From: Rhizophagus irregularis | Taxonomy: Eukaryota | Reading direction: 5' to 3' | Length of the DNA: 64,000 bases | Assembly (NCBI RefSeq): GCF_026210795.1 | Contig: NC_089432.1 | Coordinates: 2,976,001 to 3,040,000, forward strand | Part shown: piece after piece, positions 48,062 through 60,937 of the stretch | Position numbering within the stretch: the first letter of the stretch is position 1 | Layout: each line of letters begins with the position of its first letter | Notes under the pieces: model-generated | Told to the model about the DNA's origin: nothing | What the model saw: the letters and a program-made list of their open reading frames with translations, nothing else | The model's database searches: none | Translations under genes and position numbers: made by a program

Positions 48062-51000
48062 TCTTCTTGGATTCCTTTTTACTAGAACTTGTACATTTAC
48101 ATTTTGCAGTAGTTAATTGTGTTCTTTTAATGTGCATTTGCTAAAATATGAAAAAAAAAATAATTAAATAATTAAATTATATCATAAATTAAACAATTTT
48201 TATGTTTAATATTACCTTTATGTTATTTTTGTTTATATATTGAACATTACAAGGAGGTATGCTCTCAATTAGGTTAATTATTGACTTAACAGTCTCATTT
48301 TTTGTGATACTATATACTTCTGTATCTTCCATATCAGGCGAGAATATATTACTTGGCTATATTATAAAAAATGTTTATCATCTAATTTTGCGTTATAGAT
48401 AATATCTCCCTTATTGGCAAAGCTTGGTATTCATGGTTAAAAAGTTTATTTGAAAGAGATTGAGAGAGAGAGTTTTAATAAAAATTTCCACTGAAAATTC
48501 GCTAATTTATCTCAAAGAAATAAATGGTTAGAAAATATTGCACCTAAATTTTAATCCTCCCGAGAAAATAATCTGTCAAATAAAAGGATATGAACGCTGA
48601 TTAACAATACCAAGATCATAGAAAAATAAGACCAAAAATACATTTTGTGTTCAATGGTTCTATCCTTTAATAAATAAAATAATAAAAATCATATTTGCAA
48701 ATTATTTTAATACTTAGGCAGCAAAAAAGAAATAACTCGTGATTGTATAATTTGCAAAACTCCTACTGCGTATGCCACTTTACTACAATTATACGGAAAC
48801 GTGAAGGGATGTAACTAACTATTGTAACGTTGAATCTATTATTAAAAGCGGGAGCGGGATAATATTCTCCCGTTGTACACGTATTAACAATATATAGTAT
48901 TTACTATTGTTAATCAATGGTGACACTTTTATAAGGAGCTGATCACATGACTAGTTGAAGCTATTTTTTAAAAATAAACAATATTAAGAGCTGCTCCCGT
49001 GATGATTTACGCAATTTTGCAATTTCGTTATTTACCAATCAAATGATAATAAATATTATACAAAAAAAAATAATTATTTATAATTTTCTTTTCAGGATAC
49101 TTAGATAATTTAGATAATTACTTTATTATTTTAATAAATGAGTAAATATAAATATAAAAATTACAAAATAAAATTTTAAATTACAATCAAGTTATTATGA
49201 AGAAATTTAATAAAAATAATAGCACCAGGCCATTTTTGCAACGAATAGTATCTACATTATTAAGTATAATTTTTCGGTTAAAATTGTTTATAACCGAAGT
49301 CGTTTGTATCGTCCTTATGGAAGAATTACATTATAGAGCATGAGTTTGTAGGATTACCAGGTTTTTCTACTACTTCGGAAGCAACAATAACAATTGGTTT
49401 AGGGGTAATAATTGTTGGATTCATTTTTGATTAAATTTACTTTGAGAAAGTATTTTGAGAAATTTAATATTTTTTTATTTGATTAAATTGATCAGTTGGT
49501 TTTTTTTTTGTAAGGCGAAACCTGAAGTGTATTTATAATAAATCGAACAAACAAATTATAAGCGTTTAAATTATCTATTATCATTGCAGAAAATTTTATT
49601 ATGTTATTTATTTAAGGACGATAATGTTTGAAATGTTGAAACCCAATTATTTTTCCTTATCTATGCATCGCATTGTTCCGTTTTTTGATATTCTCCATTA
49701 ATGTTTCAAAGTTTTAAACTATTATTCAGGACATATAGGGAATATCCTTTTTTAGAAATCATTTAAAGATTGGAATAAACTTATATGGGAATATGGCTGA
49801 TTGCAATGCATGAAATATTATTACTATATAAGTAAATCGAAAAGTAAATCGACAGCACAAATTAATATTTTTGGTTAGAATAACTTTTTATTTGTACACG
49901 TTCGTACATAAATTTGAAACTAATATTTTTTGCCTACAATCATTGTCACGATACATCTCCGATATGATAACGATAATATTTATTATAATATATTCTAAAT
50001 TACGGTAAACTTTATAATGAAAAAGAATAAAATTCAAAAACAATTATCATGTATATATAATATAATATTCATATTCTGACGCTATGTAAAAAGTGAAAGT
50101 CGTAATATTTCTGGAGCAAATAATTATTAAATGATAATATTTGAATCTTCCTATTTGGATTATTATCAGTGTTTATATTACAGTATAAAGCATTAATTTG
50201 TAGGATTAATTTTACTTCAGAAGCAACAATGATAATTGGCTTTGACAGTGATGATTGTAAGATTGTTTAATTAATTTTGATTGTTGTTTAAACAATTTAT
50301 AATGGTGGGTTGGGCTTAATTTATAATTATTATTCGATTATTGATTATCATAAATTCTTAACAATGATTTCTTATTATCTATAGCTTATTTCACTCCTTA
50401 ACTCCTCGTAATAAATATTCCCCTTGGTGTTTCAAATATAAATATTACCATTTTAAGAATTTGTCAATCAATTTTTAAAAATGTCGTGCATGATTGGTAC
50501 ATGATATTATTGCCATTTTCAAAATGGTTGAAATTGATGTCGATCATGTAAGGTGGTGACGAAAACAAAAATATTTCAAAAGAAACAAGAAAAAAATATG
50601 TGTAATGTATGTGGTATAATGCAAAATCATAGAACAAGTCGCTAAAAATCTTATTACGTGATTGGAAATATCATGTAATTGCCAATAATTTGTTTTTGTA
50701 CTTTTTATAACAAAAAAGAAAAAGTGTGTTCTACGATCCAAATTGTGTCACTCACGTGACACAATTTGAGCCTGTCAAATGATCTTTGATCGAAAATTAT
50801 ATACAATTAGTTTATATTAGCTGTAACCTGTTGCGTTGCAACAGGATAAATCAACATGATGAAATTTCTGGTATATATTTAAAGAAAATTAATTATTACA
50901 TAATATTAATTTACAGTTTTTATTTATTAAATAAGGATTATAATGTGAATAATGAAAATAAAAATTGATTAAAATTTTAACTATATTTAATAAGTTAAAT

Positions 51001-51109
51001 TAAGATAATAACTAACTAATATGTTATTGGAATGCTATTATTAAATACAATAAATAAATTAGTATACAAATACTTACAGTATAATTTATTAAAGTGTACG
51101 AAGTAAATG

Positions 51110-51755
51110 ACCTACCAAATCACGATGCAGATATCTACATTAGCTAATTGAAATACTAGATTCAATTTATCATCCCAAGTTGAGATTATCAATTAAATAA
51201 TTTCTGAGGGTACGTACCATTATCTGCATATTCCATCACCAGAAAATATTTTTTTTGAATTATCACCCTGATTTTTTTTAAAGGAAAAATTATTTAATAT
51301 TTAGATATTTTTTTTTCAAAAAAAAAAAAGATAATAGTAACAATTTAAATTATATAACGTAGTTTTTATAATGCCACAAAAACGAATAATTTACTACTTC
51401 GCGCTGAAGATTAAGTTAATATTGAAGTAGAATTTTAAGTTAGGAACGTACTAATATATAATTAAAGAAGGTAAAAAAAAAAATTAATAAAATAGTTAAC
51501 ATATAATTATAATTATTTCATTAACAATTTCTTTGATTATGACACTATTAAAATTAAAAGATTTCAACGCTAAATGATTGCGAAAACTTTTCTAGTTAGA
51601 ACGATATACTTTTCAAAACTTCCGAAACCAATTTCTTGGATATTATTAAAATATTAGTAATCGTAATATTTAATGTGCTTTCGCAATAGCTTTTTTAATC
51701 CAATTAATCCACTTAATTGAATTACCAGTAATTTAAGTTCAGCGTTATTAAACAT
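51110..51755 (-). pseudogene. TKL kinase pseudogene (first three exons)
   Basis: Collinear with 62640-63313, including introns (KHIKYYDY, LALKSFNF, LVMEYADNG); frameshifts and stops; no downstream exons seen. Confidence 0.8.
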
Positions 51756-53265
51756 TGTTAAAGATGATAGAAATTTCTTAGTGCGGGTTAATTTTAGAAT
51801 TTACTATAAATAAAATTGCGTATTGCAAAAGTTAGTAATATGGCACGCCGGGCTAAAGAAGTTTAACCCCTATAAAAAAAATTCTGTGAAAACCCCCGAT
51901 AAATGATCATTTTTCTATTCCGAAGAAACTCAGACACGTGATCATTTTTCTGAAAATTTTTTATAGGGACGTCGTTTGACATTTATGAAGTTCAAATGAT
52001 TTACTGTTACTGTCAAACAATTTGATTTTACGATCAAACCCTTTGTAATACGGTCAAACAATATGATGAAGTGGAAATAATTTTCCATATTTAGTTAGAA
52101 TTCAAATGGCGTAAATTTGAGTAATTTTATGAAGAGATTTTCTTTTTGGAAGTCATGTGTAATTCTTAAAGGAGGTCTATTTCATTTTTAAGAAAATTAT
52201 TTTTAAAATTAATAAGATTTGCATTTAATGACTGACAAATAATTTGCATTTAATGCCAAATTGTTTGCAATTAATGCAAAATGGTTTATATTTAACGTTA
52301 AATGTTTTGTACTTCAAGGTCAAACGATATGGTATTTAATGTCAAATAATATGTACTTCACCTTTAAATTTTTTCTGGCCAGTTCGGCATTCCTTAGTTT
52401 TATCGAATTTAGTGTTGATCATTGTTAGTTATGAAGCGAAAAAATACTGCATATGTCGACATAGCTCTACTGTGCATGGTATAAAGTTACCAAAATTCTA
52501 TTGTATATTCATAATACGAACGTAACAATAACTTTTAAGTTAAATTACGGAAGTTTAATGATAGAGACCAGCATATTTGAATCCGACGGAGTCAAAAAAT
52601 TTCATTTAAAGAAATACTGTAAAAAATAAAATAAAAATAAAATAAAAATAAAATAAAAAAGTGATTTATTAAACACTACTTTAAAATCAAAATTTTATAC
52701 TTTATAAAACAATAACACATGATTAAATTGAATACAATGAATTTTAACGACGTAAATAATTCACGCTAACATATCTAAAAAAAAATCATCCATACGTATA
52801 AAACACTCTGGGAACCGACTTCGATGATCACTGAACTTATACGGTTAAAAATTTTAGTTATAATATTATCGTTATTTAAAAGAAATAGAAAGGAAATTGG
52901 TTGAATTTATCTATAGGATTTAATAAATTGTATGGCTGGTATTAAAAGTGAAAATTTTTTTAAAAAATATAAAAAATAATTTAAATGCATCAAGAGAAAA
53001 AAATAAACTAAATATATATTTCCTGCAGTAAAATTAAATACATCCCAAAAACGTGGATGGAAAATTGGTGGGTAACTCAATTTTGACGTCATTAATCGGG
53101 TACTGTGCTTTGCACGGACCATCAAGTATCAATGAAGCACCTTTAATGATCTCAATGTAACTATAACTATATTTATACTTTATAGTATGTATTAATTTGT
53201 TGAATAATAACAAATTGCGTTTTTGATTAGTAAATGAATATGGAAGGTCCTAACCAGAAGGATTT
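51612..53265. repeat. Right copy of the inverted segmental duplication (partner 11870-15080)
   Basis: Reverse complement of the left copy without the 13239-14775 insertion. Confidence 0.92.
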
Positions 53266-53689
53266 TCTTTACATATCGGCTTATTATCGGAATTGGACCA
53301 AAATTAAGGCCCCAAATTACTATTAAAATTGCATGTGACCATCGTAAATGTTACACAACAATCATATGTCAAGCGTTAGACTCTCTCACCGAAAAACCCT
53401 AAAAAAAAAAAATTTAATAGTAACTATCGCGTCAAACCAATCTCCTCCCTACGAAACCAATCTCCTTCAAAGGTAAATTATGTTGAGTGTACTATTCTAT
53501 TTCTATATACAAAAAAATATTTTTTAACTTTATTTAAACTACATTTAGTAATTCAAAAGTAATTTGCTTGTAAAATTTTTGTTATTTGTAAATTTCGCGT
53601 ATTAATTATTTAATTTGAATAAAGTTTACAACAGTGTTTAATATTTTTAATTAATAAAGTGTTTTTTTTTATATTTTAGGTATGGTAAT

Positions 53690-54361
53690 ATGAATCAAGC
53701 TGTAGTTTCTACCGGTGCTCTTCCAACTCCAACAACTAATGATTCAAAATTTGAATGTAATATATGCGGGAAACTGTTTAAAAAAAGGGGGGGATTGACT
53801 AGACATTTAAATACTATTATAAAATACAACTCTTTACGTCCAGATATTGATGCTTTACCTGATAATACCGTACACCAATTTAAAGCCATCTTAGTTCACT
53901 ATATTCGCAAAAGATTACCAAAAGGATATAGGCAATTAGGAAAACAAACAGTTTCTATTCCCGCTACTGAAAGTCAGTTTTATGCAGTATTTAAAAACTA
54001 TATACATTACTACTCTGCTACAAAGGGTATTTACAAGTGTATATTTCGTGGAGGTTCATCAAATCAAATATTAGCAAATATTCTAGAGATGGAAGGTTGG
54101 GAGACTAAATTTTACGATCAACGGCAATGTACTTATGTTGTACTTTGTGATGATGACAATAATATTGAAGATGGGGACGAAAATCCTATTACAGCTGCAT
54201 TAACTTATGAAACAATTAAAAAATTACGCAAACCAAAATGCGTACGTGGTCAATTAGTAGTAGAATGGAAAAAACAAAAAAATACTGATTTTAATGGTAA
54301 TTTCACTCACGCAGGTCACATTTATTTTCATTTTTACAATAGCCAGGCTATGATTGAATAA
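53690..54361 (+). CDS. C2H2-like zinc-finger protein convergent with the RAG1-like transposase
   Basis: FECNICGKLFKKRGGLTRHL (second His not evident). Possible 5' UTR intron at ~53473-53680. Stop lies 56 bp from the transposase stop. Confidence 0.75.
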   Translation: MNQAVVSTGALPTPTTNDSKFECNICGKLFKKRGGLTRHLNTIIKYNSLRPDIDALPDNTVHQFKAILVHYIRKRLPKGYRQLGKQTVSIPATESQFYAVFKNYIHYYSATKGIYKCIFRGGSSNQILANILEMEGWETKFYDQRQCTYVVLCDDDNNIEDGDENPITAALTYETIKKLRKPKCVRGQLVVEWKKQKNTDFNGNFTHAGHIYFHFYNSQAMIE

Positions 54362-54417
54362 AATAGATTATTTGAACACGAAAAAAACAGTATCAAAGTA
54401 TATTAAGCATTTTCATT

Positions 54418-56685
54418 CTAATTATTTTCAGCTTTAATATGAATTTTATGAGGTTTTTGAGAGTTTAAGGAAACATTATGGTAATTGTAAAAAAGAGATC
54501 GATTTTCATGTTCTAAGATCTCAATAATTGCTGATGACTTGGATTTTCTACCTCCATCTTTCATTGTTTTACGAAAAAAATAAGAAACTTGCTGATGATT
54601 TTTTTTTTCCACTGCACTACATGAAAATGACTTTAATCCCCATTTTTGATGAATTGTCATAAATTCAGAAACGTGATGGACTAACACATGAATGTAAGGT
54701 GTCATATCATTAGGTTTATAAAGACCTTTTTTGAATCCTTGAGTATTTGGAATACCTTCAGATGGCGTTAAGAATAAAGTAAGCCAATTCTTTGCATCAT
54801 TTTGAAATTCTTCAGCATTTGTTTTTTGGTCCTTCATTTTTATGTAGAGTTCATAAAATTTATTCCATAGATTTCGTATCATATTAGCGCGTTGTCTTGA
54901 AAGAATTTTTGATAAATCAAAGAATTGTAATACTTTGATCTTATCATTTCCCATTAATGATGTGTAGCTCCAAGTTTTAGATTCTTGAATTTGCCAGAAT
55001 TGAAACTTAACTTTAATTCTTTTCATTTCCTCTACAATTATCTTTCGTGCAGTATCATTAAACAAACCATATTCTGTTAATTCTGCTATCACAAGACTCC
55101 ATAAACGATCAGTAATTCTAAGCATAATGTGCAATTCATCAGGAACCCAGTGATTAAGAGGTATCATATCAAAAAGTGGTTTTCTTATATGTCCTTTATA
55201 GTAATTATTTTGTTCAACTAACTTATCTATTTCTTTATTAATCTTCCATTCTTTTGATAGATCTCCTTGTTGTGATTTATCAATTGTACACCAAGGGCAG
55301 AAATTTTTACTATGAGCGCTATTAAAACCCAAACAGATTGCTAAGAACTTCCAGTCAGACGAAAAATAAAATTGAAAATTCCACTTTACATTATCAATTA
55401 CCAGTCCTTCTTTTAAATTTCTTAGATCATGGCAGAATTGGGTCATTGCATTTGATAGAGAGTTGTAATCTTCACATCCAGGATAGAGTATGGTCGTATA
55501 ATGATGATCTGGTTTGTGTGAAGTATTTTTATCATCTAAAATAGCCACTGTGATGATTACATGTTTTACTTTCCTTCCTACGTTTCGCCCATCTCCAGAG
55601 ATTCGAAGATTAATTATGGGCTGATCTGGATTCAAGATGCCTTTTTGAACAAGGTTAGGAACCAAATAATACAATATATTATTAATATTTCTATAGCCAC
55701 CTTTACCAACTGCATTAATTACTTCTTGTGTTATAGATTCATCATCTATATCTACTCCTTCGGATTCATCCACTTGACTTTTAGTATTTATATCTACTAT
55801 TGTTATTGGTATGAGCTGGACCATTATTTCATTTATATTTATACGTTCTTTAGATATTTCTCCTTCACGTGGTAGGTTATATTCTATAGCACATAGACGT
55901 CTATAAGAATCTCTTGGAATATTGCCTTCATCTAATGCTCTAACTATTGATTCAAGTTTTTGTTTTTTTTTAGTTTTATCTTCATTCTCGTAACTGATAT
56001 TAAAAGTATGTTTTTTATTAACAGAATAACATATACTTTCCAATGCTGGTACGTCTTCCAAATTATATAGCTTCTGTGTTTTTTCATTGAATTCAGCTAA
56101 TATATGTTTTCCAATACTCATAGCACGTTTTGTAAGGGTGGAATTTCCACATTGGTCAATTGGTTTTAATATATGTGCACGTCGCTTGCCTTCTCTTGCC
56201 ATTTCTAATGTTTTGAGATGAAGACCAAACAAATAAATTCCTGATGTTTTTGTTTTTTTTAAAGATGTATATTCCTGAAATAAATATTTTAAAGTTAATT
56301 TATAAATAGAAAAAAATAGAAAAACTAAAAAAAAATAATTTAGTGTACAAACTTTATGAAATAAATTTGTAACATCTGTCGCACTTCTAACTGAAGATAC
56401 TACATGTTCAAAACACTTTCCAAACCAGATTTGAAAAACTGGTTTATTATCAATGTAATTAATAAAACACTGAACAACACATCGATTATTACTTCTACCC
56501 CAAGTTGTTTCTACCATATAATCATCAGGGATTCGATATTTATTAGGAGGAAGAGTGTACGCTAATAAAGATTTATTAGGATACGTTCCTTCTTTTATAA
56601 TTTTATATGAAAAACTATGTCCTGATTTTTTAAAATTAATAATTGAGTCAAAGGGGTAATTATGAATTTCTTGTGTGTCAGACAT
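54418..56685 (-). CDS. RAG1/Transib-like DDE transposase with FYR-like N-terminal domain; in-frame 78-nt intron 56275-56352
   Basis: ISGDGR, SSDWKFL, FCPWC, PDELHIMLR, TPYIHVLVHH and SCSAVEKKNH match RAG1 CDG, YDEK, CTLC, DALH, TNYFHKTLAH and SEGNESGNK in order. GT..AG intron encodes the T-rich VCTLNYFF...YLFQ stretch. Confidence 0.8.
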   Translation of the reverse strand: MSDTQEIHNYPFDSIINFKKSGHSFSYKIIKEGTYPNKSLLAYTLPPNKYRIPDDYMVETTWGRSNNRCVVQCFINYIDNKPVFQIWFGKCFEHVVSSVRSATDVTNLFHKVCTLNYFFLVFLFFSIYKLTLKYLFQEYTSLKKTKTSGIYLFGLHLKTLEMAREGKRRAHILKPIDQCGNSTLTKRAMSIGKHILAEFNEKTQKLYNLEDVPALESICYSVNKKHTFNISYENEDKTKKKQKLESIVRALDEGNIPRDSYRRLCAIEYNLPREGEISKERININEIMVQLIPITIVDINTKSQVDESEGVDIDDESITQEVINAVGKGGYRNINNILYYLVPNLVQKGILNPDQPIINLRISGDGRNVGRKVKHVIITVAILDDKNTSHKPDHHYTTILYPGCEDYNSLSNAMTQFCHDLRNLKEGLVIDNVKWNFQFYFSSDWKFLAICLGFNSAHSKNFCPWCTIDKSQQGDLSKEWKINKEIDKLVEQNNYYKGHIRKPLFDMIPLNHWVPDELHIMLRITDRLWSLVIAELTEYGLFNDTARKIIVEEMKRIKVKFQFWQIQESKTWSYTSLMGNDKIKVLQFFDLSKILSRQRANMIRNLWNKFYELYIKMKDQKTNAEEFQNDAKNWLTLFLTPSEGIPNTQGFKKGLYKPNDMTPYIHVLVHHVSEFMTIHQKWGLKSFSCSAVEKKNHQQVSYFFRKTMKDGGRKSKSSAIIEILEHENRSLFYNYHNVSLNSQKPHKIHIKAENN

Positions 56686-57387
56686 TTGCAAATTAGAAGC
56701 TAGGAATAATTTTTTAAACCGCGTAATTATTTTACAAAGTTTCGTGAATTTTTTTTTTTTGCATGAAATTTGTGTTACAGATTAGATCGACCAATAAAAT
56801 GGTTTGATGTAGTGTTACCATATCCAATTTAACATGACCGTCATTTGGGGTTACGTCTTAAAAATTGGGGTTAGAGTTAAGATCCGCGCATATGATTTAC
56901 CTTTTTTGGACATGTTCAAACATAAACGGTTAGATGATCAACCAACTCGTTTCATTGTTAAATAATCATTAGCCTCATCTTTGATTCATTCATAATCGAG
57001 ATAATCATGCGTGATGCTCATGTGAATGCGCCGAACTCCGATTATACGATAAAATTTTTTTTCTTAATTAGTTCTTGATTTTCAAAAAAGGAAATAATTA
57101 AAAGTCCATTATATGCGCTTATTTCGCTTTTTAACTTGAAACGCTTCAAGCTTTTTGATTCATTCTAATTATAAATTGTTGATACTTCTTACAATGCAGC
57201 GCATTATATTAATTTCCTTATAAACTTAATTTACCGGTGAATTTAGCGATTAATAATTTGTGCCGATCTGACGATTTGAATCGTTTTGTTGAAAAAAATT
57301 TCTATATAAATAAGGATTTTATTTTTGTAAGTCTTTTTAAATTTTTTTTTTTTCTAACAAAAACATATAATAACGAATAACATCAAG

Positions 57388-59764
57388 ATGAATAATACTA
57401 TAAGTACAAAATATTGTGTCGAGGAGGCCATATCAAAAAAAATTGTTAAATATTACGAATATGATAATTTTAATAATATTGAAGAAATTGGTATCGGAAG
57501 TTTCGGAAGAGTATTTCGTGCTAATTATAAAAATTCACAACATTATTTGGCGTTAAAATCCTTTTTTAATTTTAACGAATTCACTCTAGAAAAGATCGTT
57601 CATGAGGTATTCATTTATATCTAATATGTTGTGTCGATCTACGTCAGCTGACAGCTAACGTGCAGATGATGGCTGGCCCAGTAATGCTGGCCAACCTACT
57701 TAAGGCATTATAATATTAGGCAATATTGGGCCGATAATGTAGGATCTGACGCAAATCGTCATCTGACGCACAACATATATATTTTATTATGCTCGTTCAA
57801 ACACGCAAATCACAATTTTTTATTCAAAGTTTTATTTTATATTAGCTTAAACGTCAAAGAGACGTGAATGTTCATCATAACGTTATTCGCTTTTATGGAA
57901 TTACAATACTTAATTCGGGTAAGATAAAATTAATTTAGTTAGATTATTTGACTTTTGTAAAAAGAGCTAACATACATTTTTCTTTTATTCGTTAGAAAAT
58001 GAAATTGATCAATCAAACAATTATTTGTTAGTAATGGAGTATGCCAACGGGGGTAATCTTCGAAACTACTATCTAAAAAAAAACTTTGATGTTCTCACTT
58101 GGAATGATAAATGCAATCTGGCATATCAGCTTACCTGTGCTATATCATTTTTATATGATGATGATATTGTGCATAGTGACTTGGTAAATAATTACTGTAT
58201 TTTCGTGAATTTAATTTAATTGACATATATTTACTGAATATTTATGATAGCATTCCTGTAATATATTGGTACATCAAAATTCTATAAAGTTGGCAGATTT
58301 TGGCTTATCAAAAGAAATTGATATAGTATCGAAATCACATACAAAATCATTTAATATGATTCCTTACATTGATCCAAAAAAATTTAACATAGAATCATAT
58401 TCATTAAATAAAAAAAGCGATGTCTACAGTGTTGGTGTACTCTTATGGGAGATATTAAGTGGTAAACCACCTTTTGAAGACGAATCTGATGTCAATTTAG
58501 CCGTTCGAATTTTAAAAGGTCTTAGAGAAAAAATTATTCCCAATACTTCTATTGATTATGAGAAACTTTATACTGGTAAGTATAATCATAAAATTTAAAT
58601 TATTTCAACGACTAAATTCATTAATAAAATTATACAACTTTGATATATTTTATTATATACTTAGAGTGTTGGGATGGCGAACCAGACAATCGACCGCCTA
58701 TGAATGAAGTCGTCAAAAGATTAAAAACAATTGTTTATCAACGAAATGAAAATATTGATAATATAACTTACCAAATATCAAATGCAAATTCAACTTCATT
58801 AAATGAAGAATCATTAATTAATCATACATTAACAAATTCAACTGTTGATGAAGATTTATGTGAAATAGTTAATGATATATTAATGAAAATATGTGAAATA
58901 ACAAATGAAGGAAAAGAACAACCTTACCTTTTTCTTGATTATCTTAATAATTTTGATATAAATGTAGAAGAAATTCGTAAAAAGATATTAAATAATCAAA
59001 ATAATCCAAATTTTATTTTTTTACTTGGATATTTTAGTTATTTAGGAATTGAAACTATTAAAAATGATGAGAAAGCATTTCGTTTATTTATTAATGCATC
59101 CGAACAAGATCATCTGTTGGCACAATATTATGTTGGAAAATGTTATGAATTTGGTATTGGAACTGTAAAAGATGAAAAATTAGCATTTAAATATTTAGAA
59201 AAATTCATTAATAGAGATTATTCAACGGGACAATTAAAAATTATTCAATATTATGATAAAGAAACAGATATTAAAAAAGATTTTAGAATAGCTTTTCATT
59301 GGTACGAAGAGGCCGCACGTAATGGGAATGTAATAGCTATGCGTAATCTTGGTCTTTTGTATCTAAACGGAAATGTAATTGATAAAGATTATCAAAAAGC
59401 ATTTGAATTATTTAGAAAATCAGCTGATGGAGAATATTTAGGTGAAATTATAATGTTGGGATATTGTTATTATTATGGAATTGGAACTAAAGTTAATTTC
59501 AAAAATGCATTTCAATTGTTTAAAGAGTCAGCAAATTTGGGACATAAAATAGCTCAATGTAATCTTGCTTTTATGTATGAAATAGGAAAAGGAGTTAAAA
59601 AGAATATAAATCAAGCAATATATTGGTATGAAAAATCTGCTGAACAAGGTAATCTAATTGCTCAATTTCAATTAGATAAATTTGAGAAAATTAAGAAAAA
59701 AAAAGAAAATTCTTCATGGAAAATAATTTTAAAGTATATACAGTACTTTACTGTACTGCTGTAA
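57388..59764 (+). CDS. Tyrosine-kinase-like protein kinase with Sel1-like repeats, 5 exons, 634 aa
   Basis: Exons 57388-57606, 57846-57918, 57996-58183, 58251-58575 and 58665-59764 splice in frame. Motifs GIGSFG, LALK, VMEYANGG, HSDLHSCN, LADFGLS, KSDVYSVG and Sel1 repeats. Confidence 0.9.
57624..57778. mobile_element. Possible small MITE in kinase intron 1
   Basis: atatgttgtg...cacaacatat inverted ends around a GC-richer insert; this intron is much longer than the paralog's. Confidence 0.45.
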
Positions 59765-60937
59765 TTTTATTTATGAAATAGCAAAAACGTTATGAATGTA
59801 ATGGGTTTTAAAAAAACCTACACATAGAAAAAAAGTTTTCAGCACGAATATTATGGTAGTGTAATAGCAATAAGTAATTTTAAGAAAAAAAACAAATAAA
59901 ATAAAAAAAATCCTGTAAGCATAGTAACATACTATTACATTAAACAAAGATGCATGTTTCACATTTTTTTTTTTTTTGAAGTCTCGCAAAATTTTATAGT
60001 ATTTAAGGGTGTTATTTAAAGGTGTCATAGCAAAAATTTTTTTGAAGTCATTAATAAAATACTTACTTCTTAACTAATATAACTGATCTTTAGAAATTGC
60101 CGTATTTTTTAAATTTAATTAATGACCTAAATAATAAAATTTTTTAATAAATAAATTTCTTATCAATTCATCAACATTGTAAGTTCTTCTATTAAAATAA
60201 TTGTTTGCTGTCTTGGTTGTCCTATTCAGTTTTTGTATTTACTTTATTCTTACAGAACATTTCGTAAGTATAATACCAAACTAGATTAACTAATGTGAGA
60301 GTTTGGATATCATTAATATTATCAATCATCGGAATATATTATATATGATAATTTTGAATTTTAATAGATTCATATTTCTCATTCGTAAATGATATATGGC
60401 CTGATCATTATTTAATATGATTTTCATTAAGTATGATATTAAAAGGCCAACCCCAATTTATTCAGTACTTTAAAATATTATTTACAGTTTTTGCAACAAT
60501 TTTGTGCTGATTTATTGTAAAGAAATAGAATTTGCAATGAGTTTCTACTTAAAATTCAAAATATTATTGCGCAGTCTCCACCTAAAATTTTGCAAAATGA
60601 CATGATTATTCTACGTAGATCATACTATTTTTCTAAGTGTAATTATAACTTCTATTTGCCACAATTACACAACGTAATGCAATATTGGAATATGGTTTTT
60701 ACAAAAAAATGAATCATCATATAAAAAAATGACAATTCTAAGATTAATTAGTTAGTCTTTTTATCATTAGTGTGACTTGAAATATATACTTAACAATTAT
60801 CTTACATAATTAGTTTATTTTATCTAATAAATTACTAATTAAAATTGACATTGTTTCACATACTATATTTTCCAAGCCCATATTAATATAATTAAAAAAG
60901 TAACTCATAACAGAATTTACCAAATAAAGTTAATAAA

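Noticed and set aside
11870..53265. Inverted repeats as TIRs of one giant 41-kb transposon or of the Polinton
   Set aside because: The repeat is kinase upstream/exon sequence, has no TSD or AGT-type end, and the Polinton has its own terminus at 31502.
53272..56894. CATAT...ATATG as TIRs of the RAG1-like element
   Set aside because: Only 5 bp match and the flanking cttta/attta repeat is imperfect; this could be chance in AT-rich DNA.
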